Assembly (NCBI GenBank): GCA_963693115.1
Contig: OY843750.1
Span: 1,295,556-1,359,555 of the forward strand
Source of the DNA: Spirochaetia bacterium
Lineage (GTDB): Bacteria; Spirochaetota; Spirochaetia; WTKD01; G963693115
Length of the DNA: 64,000 bases
Reading direction: 5' to 3'
In this document: positions 1 through 10,925 of the stretch, piece by piece
Layout: the number at the start of each line of letters is the position of its first letter
Numbering within the stretch: position 1 is the first letter of the stretch
The notes under the pieces: model-generated
Database searches by the model: none
Told to the model about the DNA's origin: nothing
Seen by the model: only the letters and a program-made list of their open reading frames with translations
Made by a program: the position numbers and the translations under genes

Positions 1-1
1 T

Positions 2-475
2 CTGCAAGCAAGCAAAAAAGAAAGCCAATCCAGCATATTTGAATATTCACGCCAAAGGCGTCGAATAACTCAAAAAAGATCTTCTGTACCACTTATTGTG
101 CCCTATATGCAAGAGTTATTTTTTGGTTCAATTACATTAGACAGTTCGTTTCCACTTACTGACACACTAAAAATAAAAAAATGGTGGTGGGCAGATGAAT
201 ATTCAGTACTTTTTGTGAGCCTTGATGATATGTCAAAGCCAGATATGTCAAAGCCAGATATGTCAAAGCCAGATATGTCAAAGCCAGATATGTCACAACA
301 AGACGTAACGAGCAATGTTATAGAATATGTGGACGAAGCCTTGATAAATGCTCCTCGTATATCCATAATAGAGAGAAATAATGCATACCTTATCAAGGAG
401 TGGATATCATACAATTTAAAGAATAACAAACTACACGCCGATATTAAGATTATAATCAATGGTCATCTGCTGTAA
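2..475 (+). CDS. Hypothetical protein, 5'-truncated by the window edge, with PDMSK repeats
   Basis: The frame of ORF 98..475 is open back to base 2; no recognisable family. Confidence 0.6.
   Translation: MQASKKESQSSIFEYSRQRRRITQKRSSVPLIVPYMQELFFGSITLDSSFPLTDTLKIKKWWWADEYSVLFVSLDDMSKPDMSKPDMSKPDMSKPDMSQQDVTSNVIEYVDEALINAPRISIIERNNAYLIKEWISYNLKNNKLHADIKIIINGHLL
227..295 (+). repeat. 15-bp tandem repeat GATATGTCAAAGCCA, 4 full copies plus a partial
   Basis: Read directly; encodes (DMSKP)n in frame. Confidence 0.97.
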
Positions 476-500
476 TGTTGTTTGAAATAGTATTGCACAG

Positions 501-593
501 AAATTTAATGCCCTTGATAAAATTAATGCCCTTGACAAAATTATTATTTTGATTCAAAATGATAGTATAGTTTATTCATAGATATTTAGGAGG
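501..593 (+). promoter_or_regulatory. flaA promoter region: duplicated AATGCCCTTGA(T/C)AAAATTA, TTGACA-17-CAAAAT, SD AGGAGG
   Basis: TTGACA 532-537, CAAAAT 555-560, AGGAGG 588-593. Confidence 0.55.
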
Positions 594-597
594 AATT

Positions 598-1632
598 ATG
601 AAATTAAAATTACAAATGCTACCGTCTTTTCTTGTGGCCTCTCTTTTGGCTTTTCTCTTAACAGGAACGATGTCTTTTGCTGAACAACAAGTTCTTGTTG
701 ATTTTTCTCAACTTGCAATAGCAGATAATGACAGTGAGCATGAGCCTACAATAGTTGATTTTAGTCAGACTGCACCCATAGGACTTTCACAGGAAGAAGT
801 CCAAGCATTGCGTACATCATATGCAATCAAAAACTGGAGAGTCGAGCTTTCATCATCTATACAATTCCCACAATCATTAAATGCAAGTGTCGTTAGACAA
901 GTTCCTGTATCTCAGAGTTCGGAACTCTTTGCGGGTGAGGATTTACTCGGTTTTAGAGTACTATTTCCTGATTATAATTTTGATATGTATGCATATCTCG
1001 TACCCCCTATTGCACCACTTGCAGGACTTGATACACAAGCAGTAGATGCAAACGGCGATATAGTAACCGCTCCCGAAGACTTAAATAAGGGCAATAAATT
1101 TTTAGGATACGGATTGATAAAAAATGTTGCGGTTATTAACAGTGCAACGATGACGGTATACGGTCTCAATCAGCCCGAAAAGATTTATGTAGACTTACTT
1201 GACCACGAAGGCAAGCAATACGAACTTGCTTTCGGAGATCTTAAGTTTTTTGGATGGGATACGCTTACATATAACAATGAAGCATATATAAGTGATATTT
1301 ATGATAGACCTATCATTGATTTGCCCGTATATCCTCAACTTTCAAGTGACATATTTTTTGACAAAATAAAGATATTCCGTTCACGTTATTTTGGTACAAC
1401 AGATTTTGTTACCTATGTTAGGGATATCGTTATAGACTATGATCCTGTCACAGATTTAGATATTTTTGAAGACATTGACCATGAAGGTACATGGCAGATA
1501 ATATCTCAGTCTCAACAAAGAAGAAACAGAATTTTATTTGAAAGGGTATCGCGTGAAGAATTTTTACGATACCTTCAAAAGCGTGGAAACATAGACGTTG
1601 ACGATGCAGGTGATGCCGAAGCGGGTTTATAA
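598..1632 (+). CDS. flaA: Periplasmic flagellar filament outer-layer (sheath) protein FlaA
   Basis: Signal peptide; VLVDFSQL, NWRVELSSS, LGFRVLFP, GYGLIKNV..I, VYGLN and L.F.GW..L motifs typical of spirochete FlaA. Confidence 0.9.
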   Translation: MKLKLQMLPSFLVASLLAFLLTGTMSFAEQQVLVDFSQLAIADNDSEHEPTIVDFSQTAPIGLSQEEVQALRTSYAIKNWRVELSSSIQFPQSLNASVVRQVPVSQSSELFAGEDLLGFRVLFPDYNFDMYAYLVPPIAPLAGLDTQAVDANGDIVTAPEDLNKGNKFLGYGLIKNVAVINSATMTVYGLNQPEKIYVDLLDHEGKQYELAFGDLKFFGWDTLTYNNEAYISDIYDRPIIDLPVYPQLSSDIFFDKIKIFRSRYFGTTDFVTYVRDIVIDYDPVTDLDIFEDIDHEGTWQIISQSQQRRNRILFERVSREEFLRYLQKRGNIDVDDAGDAEAGL

Positions 1633-1653
1633 AACCTCCTAATGCATTGTGAT

Positions 1654-1685
1654 AAACCCTGCGATTCTATGTCGCAGGGTTTTTT
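1654..1685 (+). terminator. Rho-independent terminator after flaA
   Basis: AAACCCTGCGA/TCGCAGGGTTT stem followed by a T run. Confidence 0.85.
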
Positions 1686-1693
1686 GTATATTT

Positions 1694-2158
1694 ATGAAAG
1701 TAAGACAAAGTAGAGAAAATGTCCTTTCGGCGTACATATATGCACTCGATACATTTATGGTGGATATTTTTGATTTAAATAGGTTTATGCATGCCGTGAG
1801 GTCGGAAGAAGTGCAAAATCAATCAAGGCCATTCAAAGTAGAGGTCTATGGTGAAATTGGGTTTGAAGCAGTATTTTGTTTTCAAGAAGAATTCTTACTA
1901 GAATTGTACAAGCATTCATTGGGAATATTTCCATACTTAACTCAAAATATCAAATCTGAAAAAATATACTACAATATTGCAGGGCTTGTATTACATAAGA
2001 TGAAAGAGATACTTGAGTGTAATGTTGATAGGTTTAATCTACGACTACCCGCAAAAAAATCATTTACCTATTTTAATAAATGTGACATGTCTTGTAACTA
2101 CGTAAAGAATACAAGGCCTGTTCTGTTTACTGGGATAATTCTTCAATCTATACTATAA
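1694..2158 (+). CDS. Hypothetical protein, possibly a degenerate CheX-like protein
   Basis: ATG 1694 lies just past the terminator; ~154 aa; weak resemblance to the CheX pattern (V.G.I, N..G, F.L..PA). Confidence 0.55.
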   Translation: MKVRQSRENVLSAYIYALDTFMVDIFDLNRFMHAVRSEEVQNQSRPFKVEVYGEIGFEAVFCFQEEFLLELYKHSLGIFPYLTQNIKSEKIYYNIAGLVLHKMKEILECNVDRFNLRLPAKKSFTYFNKCDMSCNYVKNTRPVLFTGIILQSIL

Positions 2159-2173
2159 TTAATATATCGTGGG

Positions 2174-2247
<74 letters not shown>

Positions 2248-2283
2248 TGATTGATATAGCATTTTTAGAAGGCAAAAAAACAT

Positions 2284-4143
2284 ATGATTAATCTCAATGA
2301 CGTAATAAATGATACTGTTACAAGCAAAGGACTTACTGAAGAACTTATAAAGTCAGCCCTGGAGGATTCCCTTAAAGCTGCATATAAGAAAAAATATGGT
2401 GACGATACCAATGCCATAGTTGATTTTACTAGTGACAATTCTGAAATTACTCTCTATGCTAAAAAAACCATAGTTAGTGAAGTAAAAGATCCTGTGAATG
2501 AGATATCGCTTGAAGAAGCTCGCAACTATGAGTCAGAATGCGAAGTAGGCGATCAAATTCTCATCGAATTTAAGGCAGAAGATTTTACTCGCAACGAGAT
2601 TGCGGTGGCAGGGCAACGACTACGGCAGAAAATTAGAGAATACGAAAGTGATTCTTTAAGTTCGGAATTTAAAAAGAAAATTGGCGAGATTGTCATAGGG
2701 TACTATCTACGTGGTGTAAATAAAGATATAATTTTGGACTTAGGACGTGCAGAAGGCATTTTTCCGCGTCGTTTTCAATCTCCGAGAGAGGTGTACCGAA
2801 CCGGGGATAGAATCAAGGTAATTGTACATGATGTAAAGAAGAACGGGGATGGTCTTGAGGTTATACTCAGTCGCTCGCACCCTGAGTTTGTAAAAAAGAT
2901 ATTCGAATTAGAAGTACCAGAAATATACGAGGGAACGGTTGAAATTGTTAAAATAGTGCGTGAGCCGGGCTATAGGACAAAAATAGCGGTTCGCACTCTG
3001 AATTCTGATACCGATCCTATTGGGGCCTGTGTTGGTTCAAAGGGGGTACGTATAAACAATGTTATGCTTGAGCTTGAGGGAGAACGTATTGATGTACTCA
3101 AGTATGACTCAGATCCCTTGACATTTATAAAAAATTCACTTTCGCCAGCTGAAGTCAAGCAGGTGGTTGTGTTAGATCAACAGAAACGATCAACGCTTGC
3201 GATAGTTGATGACGATAAACTCTCTATTGCAATTGGAAAAATGGGTCTTAACGTAAGGCTGGCAAATAGACTTACTGATTGGATAATTAACGTTAAAACA
3301 ATTAGCCAATACCAAGAAATGATTAAGTCGGGTGAAATTAAAAAAGAGCTAATTGATATTTTTACTCACAGTGAAGTAGAAGAGGTTAATATTTCACGTG
3401 TCAATGAGATACAGAGCCTGGATGACGGCTTAATCAAGAAACTTGAACAAAATTCAGTGGTATATATTGAGGATTTAATTAAACTTTCTAATACAGATCT
3501 CAAAGATATGGGATTTACCGAAGAAGAAACAAAAAAACTAAGAACAGAACTCAGAGAGACATTAGAACTAACTGATCCCGATAGTGATACAGAGGTAGAA
3601 GAGGCTACTACATCGGCAAAGACACAGTCTGAAAAAATACTTGAAGAAGATGGGGGACCTGAGCAGAGTACCTTGTCAAATGAAGATCAAAATAAGGATC
3701 TCAATGGGCATGCTGATGGTACGATAACCGATAATGCACAACAAGATAGCGTAGTAGTTGATAATGTTGCGTCTAGTAGCAGGCTAGTAGAAAACGAAAA
3801 TGCTAATAGTATTGATGACACAAAACTAATAGAGACGATCCCTACGGAAACCAATGAAATAGCCAGCAAGACGGCCAGCAAGACGGCCAGCGGAGTAAGT
3901 AGCGGAGTAAGTAGCGAAACAACCAGCGAGATAAGTAGCGAAACGGAAGATGAAGCAATAGACATATCACAACTCCCTCTTAGTGAGTCGATAATCACAA
4001 AATTGCGTGCACTCAACATACACAGTGTGGAACTTCTAGCCCAACTATACTCTGAGTCAGAAGTTGAAAACATAGACGGACTCTTAGAGCAAGAAGCGCA
4101 GGAAATTATTCGAGTTATCGAAGAAAACGTAGATTTTGAATAG
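2284..4143 (+). CDS. nusA: Transcription termination/antitermination factor NusA with extended acidic C-terminus
   Basis: FELEVPEI, REPGYRTKIAV, DPIGACVG, AIGKMGLNVRLA motifs. Confidence 0.97.
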   Translation: MINLNDVINDTVTSKGLTEELIKSALEDSLKAAYKKKYGDDTNAIVDFTSDNSEITLYAKKTIVSEVKDPVNEISLEEARNYESECEVGDQILIEFKAEDFTRNEIAVAGQRLRQKIREYESDSLSSEFKKKIGEIVIGYYLRGVNKDIILDLGRAEGIFPRRFQSPREVYRTGDRIKVIVHDVKKNGDGLEVILSRSHPEFVKKIFELEVPEIYEGTVEIVKIVREPGYRTKIAVRTLNSDTDPIGACVGSKGVRINNVMLELEGERIDVLKYDSDPLTFIKNSLSPAEVKQVVVLDQQKRSTLAIVDDDKLSIAIGKMGLNVRLANRLTDWIINVKTISQYQEMIKSGEIKKELIDIFTHSEVEEVNISRVNEIQSLDDGLIKKLEQNSVVYIEDLIKLSNTDLKDMGFTEEETKKLRTELRETLELTDPDSDTEVEEATTSAKTQSEKILEEDGGPEQSTLSNEDQNKDLNGHADGTITDNAQQDSVVVDNVASSSRLVENENANSIDDTKLIETIPTETNEIASKTASKTASGVSSGVSSETTSEISSETEDEAIDISQLPLSESIITKLRALNIHSVELLAQLYSESEVENIDGLLEQEAQEIIRVIEENVDFE

Positions 4144-4376
4144 GGTTATTTATACTCATCGCTACAGTATTTTTTAGGTGAAAACACGTATTTTAGGTAC
4201 AAGTCTTGTATGAACAGGCTAGGTAGTCATAGTTAAACAGTTTAATGTGTAGGCATGATGCCTACATGCACCTTTCGATAGGCAATAGAGAACCAGTTAC
4301 AAAAGTTGTGTAATAGTCTCTGTTTGTAAAGTTGAGACATAGGAGAATTTTACCTCATATGCTATAATTGAGAAAT

Positions 4377-6872
4377 ATGGAAAAAAACTCCTCGTCTAAT
4401 GAAAAAAAAGGTATAAAAACAACCCTTTTAAAAACTTCAAACAGAAATAGAAGAGATAATGTCCATAAACCCGAACACAAAAAAATAAAAATTAAGCTAC
4501 GTCTACAACGTAGCCCTGTTGCTACAGGTACAACTACCAATCAAAAAGATATACATATTGTACAAGGTTCATCTAAGAGTTCTCCAGACTCACGCACTTC
4601 TTCTAATGATACTTTGTCGGCATCTCGTACAACACAGCCATCAAAGCCCGAGATACAAGCAAGTGATAAAAAGAAAGAGAACCAGAATAACACTCATGAA
4701 AATAAACATGCGGATAAAAACAACCTTGCAATGCAAAATAAGACTTTGGATCAACATGCTTCTGAAACAAAAAAAACAACGAGCAAGATGGTCAGAGATG
4801 TACAGCACAATGTACGTAGCCAACAGGGAGGAGGCCAAAATTCTCTTCTTGCATCAAGGCTTCAAAAAATTAGAAATACTGCAAGACAACAGAAAATCAA
4901 GACACAAGCAACTACCACACCCTCTGAAGAAAAACCACAGAACAGCCGACCTGTAAATGCCATGGGTTTAAATAATCCCATTGCAAATACAGGTAATACT
5001 GGGCGCAGATCGTTCAAGGCGACCCGACGAAGACCAACACCCATTGTACAAAAACGTGAGCCCTTAGAGAAGCAGTTGTTTCTTAAGACAAGAAAACAAA
5101 CAAACGCAGTAGTAAATCCAGTTCCAAAGTCAATTAACATTATTGAAAATATTTCTATTGCCGATCTCGCAAAAAAAATGAATATCAAGGCCTCTCTTTT
5201 GCTCTCAAAACTAATGAGTATGGGCACAATGGCCACACTCAACTCTGTAATTGACTCAGAGACCGCGAGTATACTTGCAGCAGAATATGATTGCACGCTC
5301 ACTGTTGTGTCACTGTATGAACAAACAATACTGGAAAAACCAGAAGTAGATAAAGATTCCTTACACAATAGACCGCCGATAGTTACCATCATGGGTCACG
5401 TCGATCATGGAAAAACCCAACTTCTCGATACAATTCGCAATACAAACGTAGTGGCAACAGAACATGGTAAAATAACCCAACAGATAGGTGCCTATCAAGT
5501 TACTCTTGCGGAAAAAAAGATAACCTTTTTAGATACCCCCGGTCATGCCGCATTTTCTATGATGAGGGCACGAGGGGCAAAAGTCACTGATCTTGTGCTC
5601 CTAGTCTTGGCAGCAAATGATGGCGTAAAAGAACAAACAATAGAGGCTATTTCTCATATAAAAGATGCTGGAATCCCAGTGATAATAGTAATAAATAAGA
5701 TTGATCTTATAAAGCCAAACACAGATACATTGTACACGCAACTGACTGAGCAAGGGCTCTCTCCAGAAGAGTGGGGAGGGGATGTAATGGTATGCAAGGT
5801 ATCTGCGCTCACAGGAGAGGGTATTCCTGAGTTGCTTGAGAGCATTACCTTGCAGTCGGAGCTACTTGATCTCAAGGCAAGCGATAGTATTCCTGCTTCG
5901 GGCACTGTTTTAGAATCAAAAGTAGAAAAAGGAAGGGGCATTGTGGCAACCTTGCTCATACAAGATGGAACACTGCGCAAAGGTGATTATCTTTTGACAG
6001 GTATATACGCCAGTAAAGTAAGGACTATGTATGACGATAGGGGAAATGAACAAAAAATAGCAGGACCAAGTACTCCTGTAGAGATTACAGGATTAGAAGG
6101 TCTTCCGAAAGCAGGTGATCCATTTCAAGTAACCAAGGATGACAAAGAAGCAAAGACTATAGCGTCCAAGCGGCAAGAGCTTTCTCGTGCTCAAGACGCA
6201 GGTGTGACAAACAAAATTACTTCTGATAATCTTCTAACAAGCATAGAAAGTGACAAGATGAATGAATACAAAGCCATTGTTAAAGCGGATACACAAGGTT
6301 CGGCTGAAGCAATCAAGCATGCACTTGAAACTCTCAGCGATGCGACTATTCGAATAAAAGTAGTACAGGCAGTTGCTGGAAATATTAACGAGAGTGATAT
6401 CATGCTCGCTTCGGCCTCTGATGCAGACGTCATTGGATTTAATGTGTCGCCAACACAAAAAATTCAGGGTATCGCTGACAGAGAGAAAGTAACATTAAAA
6501 AAATACTCGGTAATATTTGAAATTATTGATGAAGTAAAAGAAAAGATTTTAGCTCTTCGTGAACCTGAATACGAAGATGTGAAGACTGCCGAAGTTGAGG
6601 TGAGAGAACTGTTTGTTATACCGAAAAAAGGAATGATACTCGGCAGCTATATTCGATCAGGAAATGTTGAAAAAGGCAATGTAGTTCGTGTAATGAGAGA
6701 TGGAAATGAACTCGATCTAGGAACCATTATTACTTTGCAACGATTTAAGGACTCTGTAAACAAAGTTGAAGCAGGGTTTGAATGTGGTATCGGACTGAGT
6801 CACGGAGAAAACGTACAAAAGGGTGAAGAACTTATCATCTATACGAAACAGGAAATTAGTCCCCGACCATGA
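4377..6872 (+). CDS. infB: Translation initiation factor IF-2
   Basis: RPPIVTIMGHVDHGKT, DTPGHAAF, NKID, ECGI; ATG 4377 preferred over TTG 4368. Confidence 0.98.
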   Translation: MEKNSSSNEKKGIKTTLLKTSNRNRRDNVHKPEHKKIKIKLRLQRSPVATGTTTNQKDIHIVQGSSKSSPDSRTSSNDTLSASRTTQPSKPEIQASDKKKENQNNTHENKHADKNNLAMQNKTLDQHASETKKTTSKMVRDVQHNVRSQQGGGQNSLLASRLQKIRNTARQQKIKTQATTTPSEEKPQNSRPVNAMGLNNPIANTGNTGRRSFKATRRRPTPIVQKREPLEKQLFLKTRKQTNAVVNPVPKSINIIENISIADLAKKMNIKASLLLSKLMSMGTMATLNSVIDSETASILAAEYDCTLTVVSLYEQTILEKPEVDKDSLHNRPPIVTIMGHVDHGKTQLLDTIRNTNVVATEHGKITQQIGAYQVTLAEKKITFLDTPGHAAFSMMRARGAKVTDLVLLVLAANDGVKEQTIEAISHIKDAGIPVIIVINKIDLIKPNTDTLYTQLTEQGLSPEEWGGDVMVCKVSALTGEGIPELLESITLQSELLDLKASDSIPASGTVLESKVEKGRGIVATLLIQDGTLRKGDYLLTGIYASKVRTMYDDRGNEQKIAGPSTPVEITGLEGLPKAGDPFQVTKDDKEAKTIASKRQELSRAQDAGVTNKITSDNLLTSIESDKMNEYKAIVKADTQGSAEAIKHALETLSDATIRIKVVQAVAGNINESDIMLASASDADVIGFNVSPTQKIQGIADREKVTLKKYSVIFEIIDEVKEKILALREPEYEDVKTAEVEVRELFVIPKKGMILGSYIRSGNVEKGNVVRVMRDGNELDLGTIITLQRFKDSVNKVEAGFECGIGLSHGENVQKGEELIIYTKQEISPRP

Positions 6873-7036
6873 TAAATAGCACACTCTAGCTATTAGATGG
6901 TGGATCAGCGATACAATGCAGTAATGCAATATTGGGCAATACATACAGGATAATACGCTCATAGCATAAATACCGCATAAATCTTGTAAGTTATACAGTA
7001 CGAGTAAGGATAAAAAAACATAAGCAGGCTATACAT

Positions 7037-7384
7037 ATGAATGAATACAAGCAAGAGCGCATGCAAAATGAAATACACCATGAGATTCGTACAATGATAG
7101 TCGATGGAAAAATCAACGATCCTAGAATATACCCACATCTTACTATCATGCATGTCAAAATTTCAAAAGATGGCTCCCAAGCCTTTGTATTTGTGTCTAG
7201 CTTTGATGCAGGCAAGCAGCTCAGCAAGGCAGTAGAAGCCTTAAACCATGCACATGGGTTTATTCAGGCAAAAATTTCAAAAAAATATCGCTGGAAGCAC
7301 ACTCCAAGGCTTTTCTTTAAGCAGAGCGATGCTTTAAGTAAGGGAAGTGCCACTATCAAGACTATAGAAAATTTAAGTGAATAG
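7037..7384 (+). CDS. rbfA: Ribosome-binding factor A
   Basis: INDPRI, V.ISKD, ALNHAHGFI, TPRLFF; follows infB. Confidence 0.93.
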   Translation: MNEYKQERMQNEIHHEIRTMIVDGKINDPRIYPHLTIMHVKISKDGSQAFVFVSSFDAGKQLSKAVEALNHAHGFIQAKISKKYRWKHTPRLFFKQSDALSKGSATIKTIENLSE

Positions 7385-7421
7385 GAACTTCTAGACTCAC
7401 TTTTTTAGTATTACGGTAATT

Positions 7422-8225
7422 ATGCAAACTCAGGGAATTTACTTTGTTAACAAGCAAGTTGGCTACACGTCTCACGCAATGCTTGATTATCTCAAATCAA
7501 AACACAACATCAAAAAGCTAGGGCATACAGGAACGCTTGATAAGTTTGCGGAGGGGTGTATGTGCGTACTTGCGGGACAGTATACGCGTCTACAAAGGTT
7601 ATTCTTGAAACTAGACAAACGCTATACATGTCAGGCGACATTTGGTGTAGAGACCGACACACTTGATAGAGATGGGGCTCTTGTAAAAAAAATGCCTCTT
7701 CCGAAAATCGAAGACATAATACATGCCTTTTCCAAAGTATCTCGCTTTACTACGCAAGTTCCTCCTCAGTATTCAGCTATACATGTCCATGGAGTTCGTG
7801 CGTATAAAAGTGCGAGACAAAAAAAAGAGGTAATACTCCCCAATCGTCCCATAAAAATTTTTCATTTAAAGCTACTCGACATTGAGTTACCACACGTAAG
7901 GTTTGATGTACACGTATCGTCTGGAACATATGTGCGTGCAATTGTGCGTGATATTGCGACCGAAGCTAATTCATGTGCATATGTAACTAAGCTTACTCGA
8001 ATCGCTATAGGACCATTTACGCAAGAATTGTTTGCTCCTATGGATAGCGAGTATATTGAGTCTCAAAATGACAAAAAGTCGATAGATGCGCTACAGTCCC
8101 ATCGTATATTTCTTAGCCAGTATGATCTTGCACAAGAAGAGTATAAAGCTGAATTTGAGAATGAAACTATACGGGAGCTGTACTTTAATGATCAAAAACG
8201 ACTGCTTGTTTTTAAACCTGTGTAA
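7422..8225 (+). CDS. truB: tRNA pseudouridine(55) synthase
   Basis: KLGHTGTLDKFAEG, QVPPQYSA, SSGTYVR. Confidence 0.96.
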   Translation: MQTQGIYFVNKQVGYTSHAMLDYLKSKHNIKKLGHTGTLDKFAEGCMCVLAGQYTRLQRLFLKLDKRYTCQATFGVETDTLDRDGALVKKMPLPKIEDIIHAFSKVSRFTTQVPPQYSAIHVHGVRAYKSARQKKEVILPNRPIKIFHLKLLDIELPHVRFDVHVSSGTYVRAIVRDIATEANSCAYVTKLTRIAIGPFTQELFAPMDSEYIESQNDKKSIDALQSHRIFLSQYDLAQEEYKAEFENETIRELYFNDQKRLLVFKPV

Positions 8226-8411
8226 GTAATCTCGCATTTTACATGGACAGTACACCAACCATGAACAACGTGCTCAAAGGCATGTCTACCATTTTTCCAA
8301 AGCCTTACAAACCAAATAAGCGCTATGCTCGCTCTGACAGTTTCATAGATCTAGGTTTGTTGATACTGAAGTGTGTACAGACCCGATCTTTATCTAAGAT
8401 TTTCTTATTAC

Positions 8412-8440
8412 TTGACAAGCCTTTATAAATAATCTATACT
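8412..8440 (+). promoter_or_regulatory. Sigma70-type promoter of rpsO
   Basis: TTGACA(8412)-17 nt-TATACT(8435). Confidence 0.85.
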
Positions 8441-8463
8441 ATAGAGTAAGTGCAAGTAAATAT

Positions 8464-8733
8464 ATGAAATTAGGAAAAGAACAAAGTCAAGAAATAATAA
8501 AGACCTATGGAAGTAGCTCCCATGATTCTGGGAGGACCGAAGTACAAATAGCCTTCTTGACTACAAAAATTAAGTTGCTAACAGAACATCTTAAAAATTA
8601 TAAAGGCGATACCATAGCTAAATATGGCTTGTTGAAACATGTTGGCAAGAGAAAGCGATTTTTGAGGTACCTAAAGAGTAAGGATATTGTAAAATATCGT
8701 TCCTTGCTAGAAAAACTCGGACTGAGACATTAA
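8464..8733 (+). CDS. rpsO: 30S ribosomal protein S15
   Basis: DSGRTEVQIA, GLLKHVGKRKRFLRYL, LGLR. Confidence 0.96.
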   Translation: MKLGKEQSQEIIKTYGSSSHDSGRTEVQIAFLTTKIKLLTEHLKNYKGDTIAKYGLLKHVGKRKRFLRYLKSKDIVKYRSLLEKLGLRH

Positions 8734-8762
8734 TATTTATAACGTAAAAAAGGAACCCTCAA

Positions 8763-10862
8763 ATGAATGAAGAAAAAGTAATAATAGAAATAGGTGATAA
8801 AACTTTAGAATTATCAACGGGTAAGCTTGCTAAGCAAGCCAATGGCTCAGTTTTGGGAAAACTCGGTGGTTCAAGCGTACTATCAACCGTGTGTTGTAGT
8901 ACTGACATAAATCCCCAATTGGATTTTATTCCTCTACAGGTAGAATATAACGAAAAGTACTATGCTGCTGGCAAGATACCTGGTGGTTTTTTGAAAAGAG
9001 AAGGGCGTCCAAAGGACAAAGAAATACTGGTGTCGAGGCTTATTGATCGCCCCATGCGCCCCCTGTTTTCGAAAGAATTCATGCGCGAAATTCAGCTTAT
9101 TCCTACTGTGATATCAACGGACACAATACATCCCCCTGATGTGATAGCAATGTGTGCGGCTTCAGCCTGCGTTTTTATAAGTGATATTCCCTTTGATGGG
9201 CCAGTTGGTGCAGTACGTATTGTCAAGGTAAACGGTAATCATGTGGTAAACCCTACCTTTGAAGAGATAGATCGTGCAGAGCTAGAAATTATAGTTTCGG
9301 GATCCTTAGAGGGAATCACCATGGTAGAAGGTGGTGGCAAAGAGGTGTCAGAAGAAGATCTTATTGATGCAATAGAGTTTGCAAAACCGTGTATTCAGAG
9401 CATATGTGAGGCACAAGTAGAACTTGCTAAAAAGGTCGGCAAAGAAAAACTTGATCTTGTCGCTATAGACAAGTACGAAGATGAAAGCAAAGTGAAGGCT
9501 TCCGTCAATGATTTGCTCACCGAAGCCTGTTTTATACTTGGCAAGTCTAAGAGATCCGAAGCAATCAAAAAGATACGCAATGACTATATTGCAAGGCTTG
9601 AAGAAGAAAGGGGAGAGGAAATTGACGATGATGAGAAAAAAGTCATATCGGGCCTTATACACGATCTCGAAAAAGATATTGTGCGCAGTTCTATACTCAA
9701 CAATAAGCGTAGAACAGATCACAGAACTCCCACAGATATTCGTCCTATTGCGTGCGAAGTAGAGGTGGTGCCGCATACCCATGGTACGGGTCTCTTTACT
9801 CGAGGTGAGACACAAGCCTTGGCTTTTGTCACCTTAGGAACTGCCATGGATGCTCAAATTCGCGACGATATAGACGGTGATAGAAAAGAGCATTTTATGC
9901 TCCATTATAATTTCCCCCCATATTCTGTTGGTGAAACAGGACGACTGTTTACTGGACGTAGAGAAATAGGCCATGGCCACCTTGCGTTTCGTTCTGTCGA
10001 ACCAATTCTACCAAGTAAAGAAGAGTTTCCTTATACCCTGCGCATAGTCTCTGAGGTACTAGAATCAAACGGGTCATCTTCTATGGCAACGGTGTGTGGA
10101 TCATCGCTTTCTCTCATGGATGCAGGAGTCCCTATAAAAAAGGCGGTTGCAGGTATTGCGATGGGCTTAGTTTATGAAGACGAGCGTTCGTACGAGGTGA
10201 TATCCGACATCCTTGGCGAAGAAGATCATCTGGGAGACATGGATTTTAAGGTCGCAGGGACAAAAGATGGTATTACTGGTTTTCAAATGGATATCAAAAT
10301 AAAAAATATCAGTTCAGAAATTATGAAACACGCCCTGTCACAAGCAAAAGAAGGGAGGTTGCATATTCTTTCAGAGATGAATAAATGCATTACTTCTCCA
10401 AAAGAGGCGCTTTCTCCGCATGCTCCGCGAATACTTAGTTTTAATGTTGATCCCGATAAAATTGGAATACTCATAGGTTCGGGAGGAAAAACAATCAAAT
10501 CTATCACTGAAAAATATAATGTTCAGGCTGATATTAATGATTCGGGACTAGTAACCATATACGGAAAAGAAAGCCAAGCAGCAGATGAAGCACTAAAGAC
10601 GTTTCAACAACTCCTCGAAGAACCCGAAGTAGGAAAGGAATATGATGGGGTTGTAAAGCGTATTACGGATTTTGGAGCTTTTATAGAAATCATACCAGGC
10701 AAAGATGGTCTCTGTCACATAAGTCAGATATCAAAGCAACGTGTCAACAAAGTAGAGGACTATTTACAGCTTAATCAGACTATACGAGTCAAAATCATTG
10801 AAATTGATAGGCTCGGAAGAGTCAATTTAGCTCTAGTAAATCTCATAGATAAGAAGCGATAG
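8763..10862 (+). CDS. pnp: Polyribonucleotide nucleotidyltransferase (PNPase)
   Basis: GKIPGGFLKREGRP, FTRGETQ, HYNFPPYSVGE, GDMDFKVAG, KH and S1 domains. Confidence 0.98.
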   Translation: MNEEKVIIEIGDKTLELSTGKLAKQANGSVLGKLGGSSVLSTVCCSTDINPQLDFIPLQVEYNEKYYAAGKIPGGFLKREGRPKDKEILVSRLIDRPMRPLFSKEFMREIQLIPTVISTDTIHPPDVIAMCAASACVFISDIPFDGPVGAVRIVKVNGNHVVNPTFEEIDRAELEIIVSGSLEGITMVEGGGKEVSEEDLIDAIEFAKPCIQSICEAQVELAKKVGKEKLDLVAIDKYEDESKVKASVNDLLTEACFILGKSKRSEAIKKIRNDYIARLEEERGEEIDDDEKKVISGLIHDLEKDIVRSSILNNKRRTDHRTPTDIRPIACEVEVVPHTHGTGLFTRGETQALAFVTLGTAMDAQIRDDIDGDRKEHFMLHYNFPPYSVGETGRLFTGRREIGHGHLAFRSVEPILPSKEEFPYTLRIVSEVLESNGSSSMATVCGSSLSLMDAGVPIKKAVAGIAMGLVYEDERSYEVISDILGEEDHLGDMDFKVAGTKDGITGFQMDIKIKNISSEIMKHALSQAKEGRLHILSEMNKCITSPKEALSPHAPRILSFNVDPDKIGILIGSGGKTIKSITEKYNVQADINDSGLVTIYGKESQAADEALKTFQQLLEEPEVGKEYDGVVKRITDFGAFIEIIPGKDGLCHISQISKQRVNKVEDYLQLNQTIRVKIIEIDRLGRVNLALVNLIDKKR

Positions 10863-10925
10863 TAATCACGTGCAAGACACGCGTATCTCAGTGTTAGCTT
10901 ATGTGATTTAGGACAATCAATAGTA

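Noticed and set aside
8243-8428. 61-aa ORF as a ribF remnant
   Set aside because: No FAD synthetase or riboflavin kinase motifs in the forward frames; runs into the rpsO promoter
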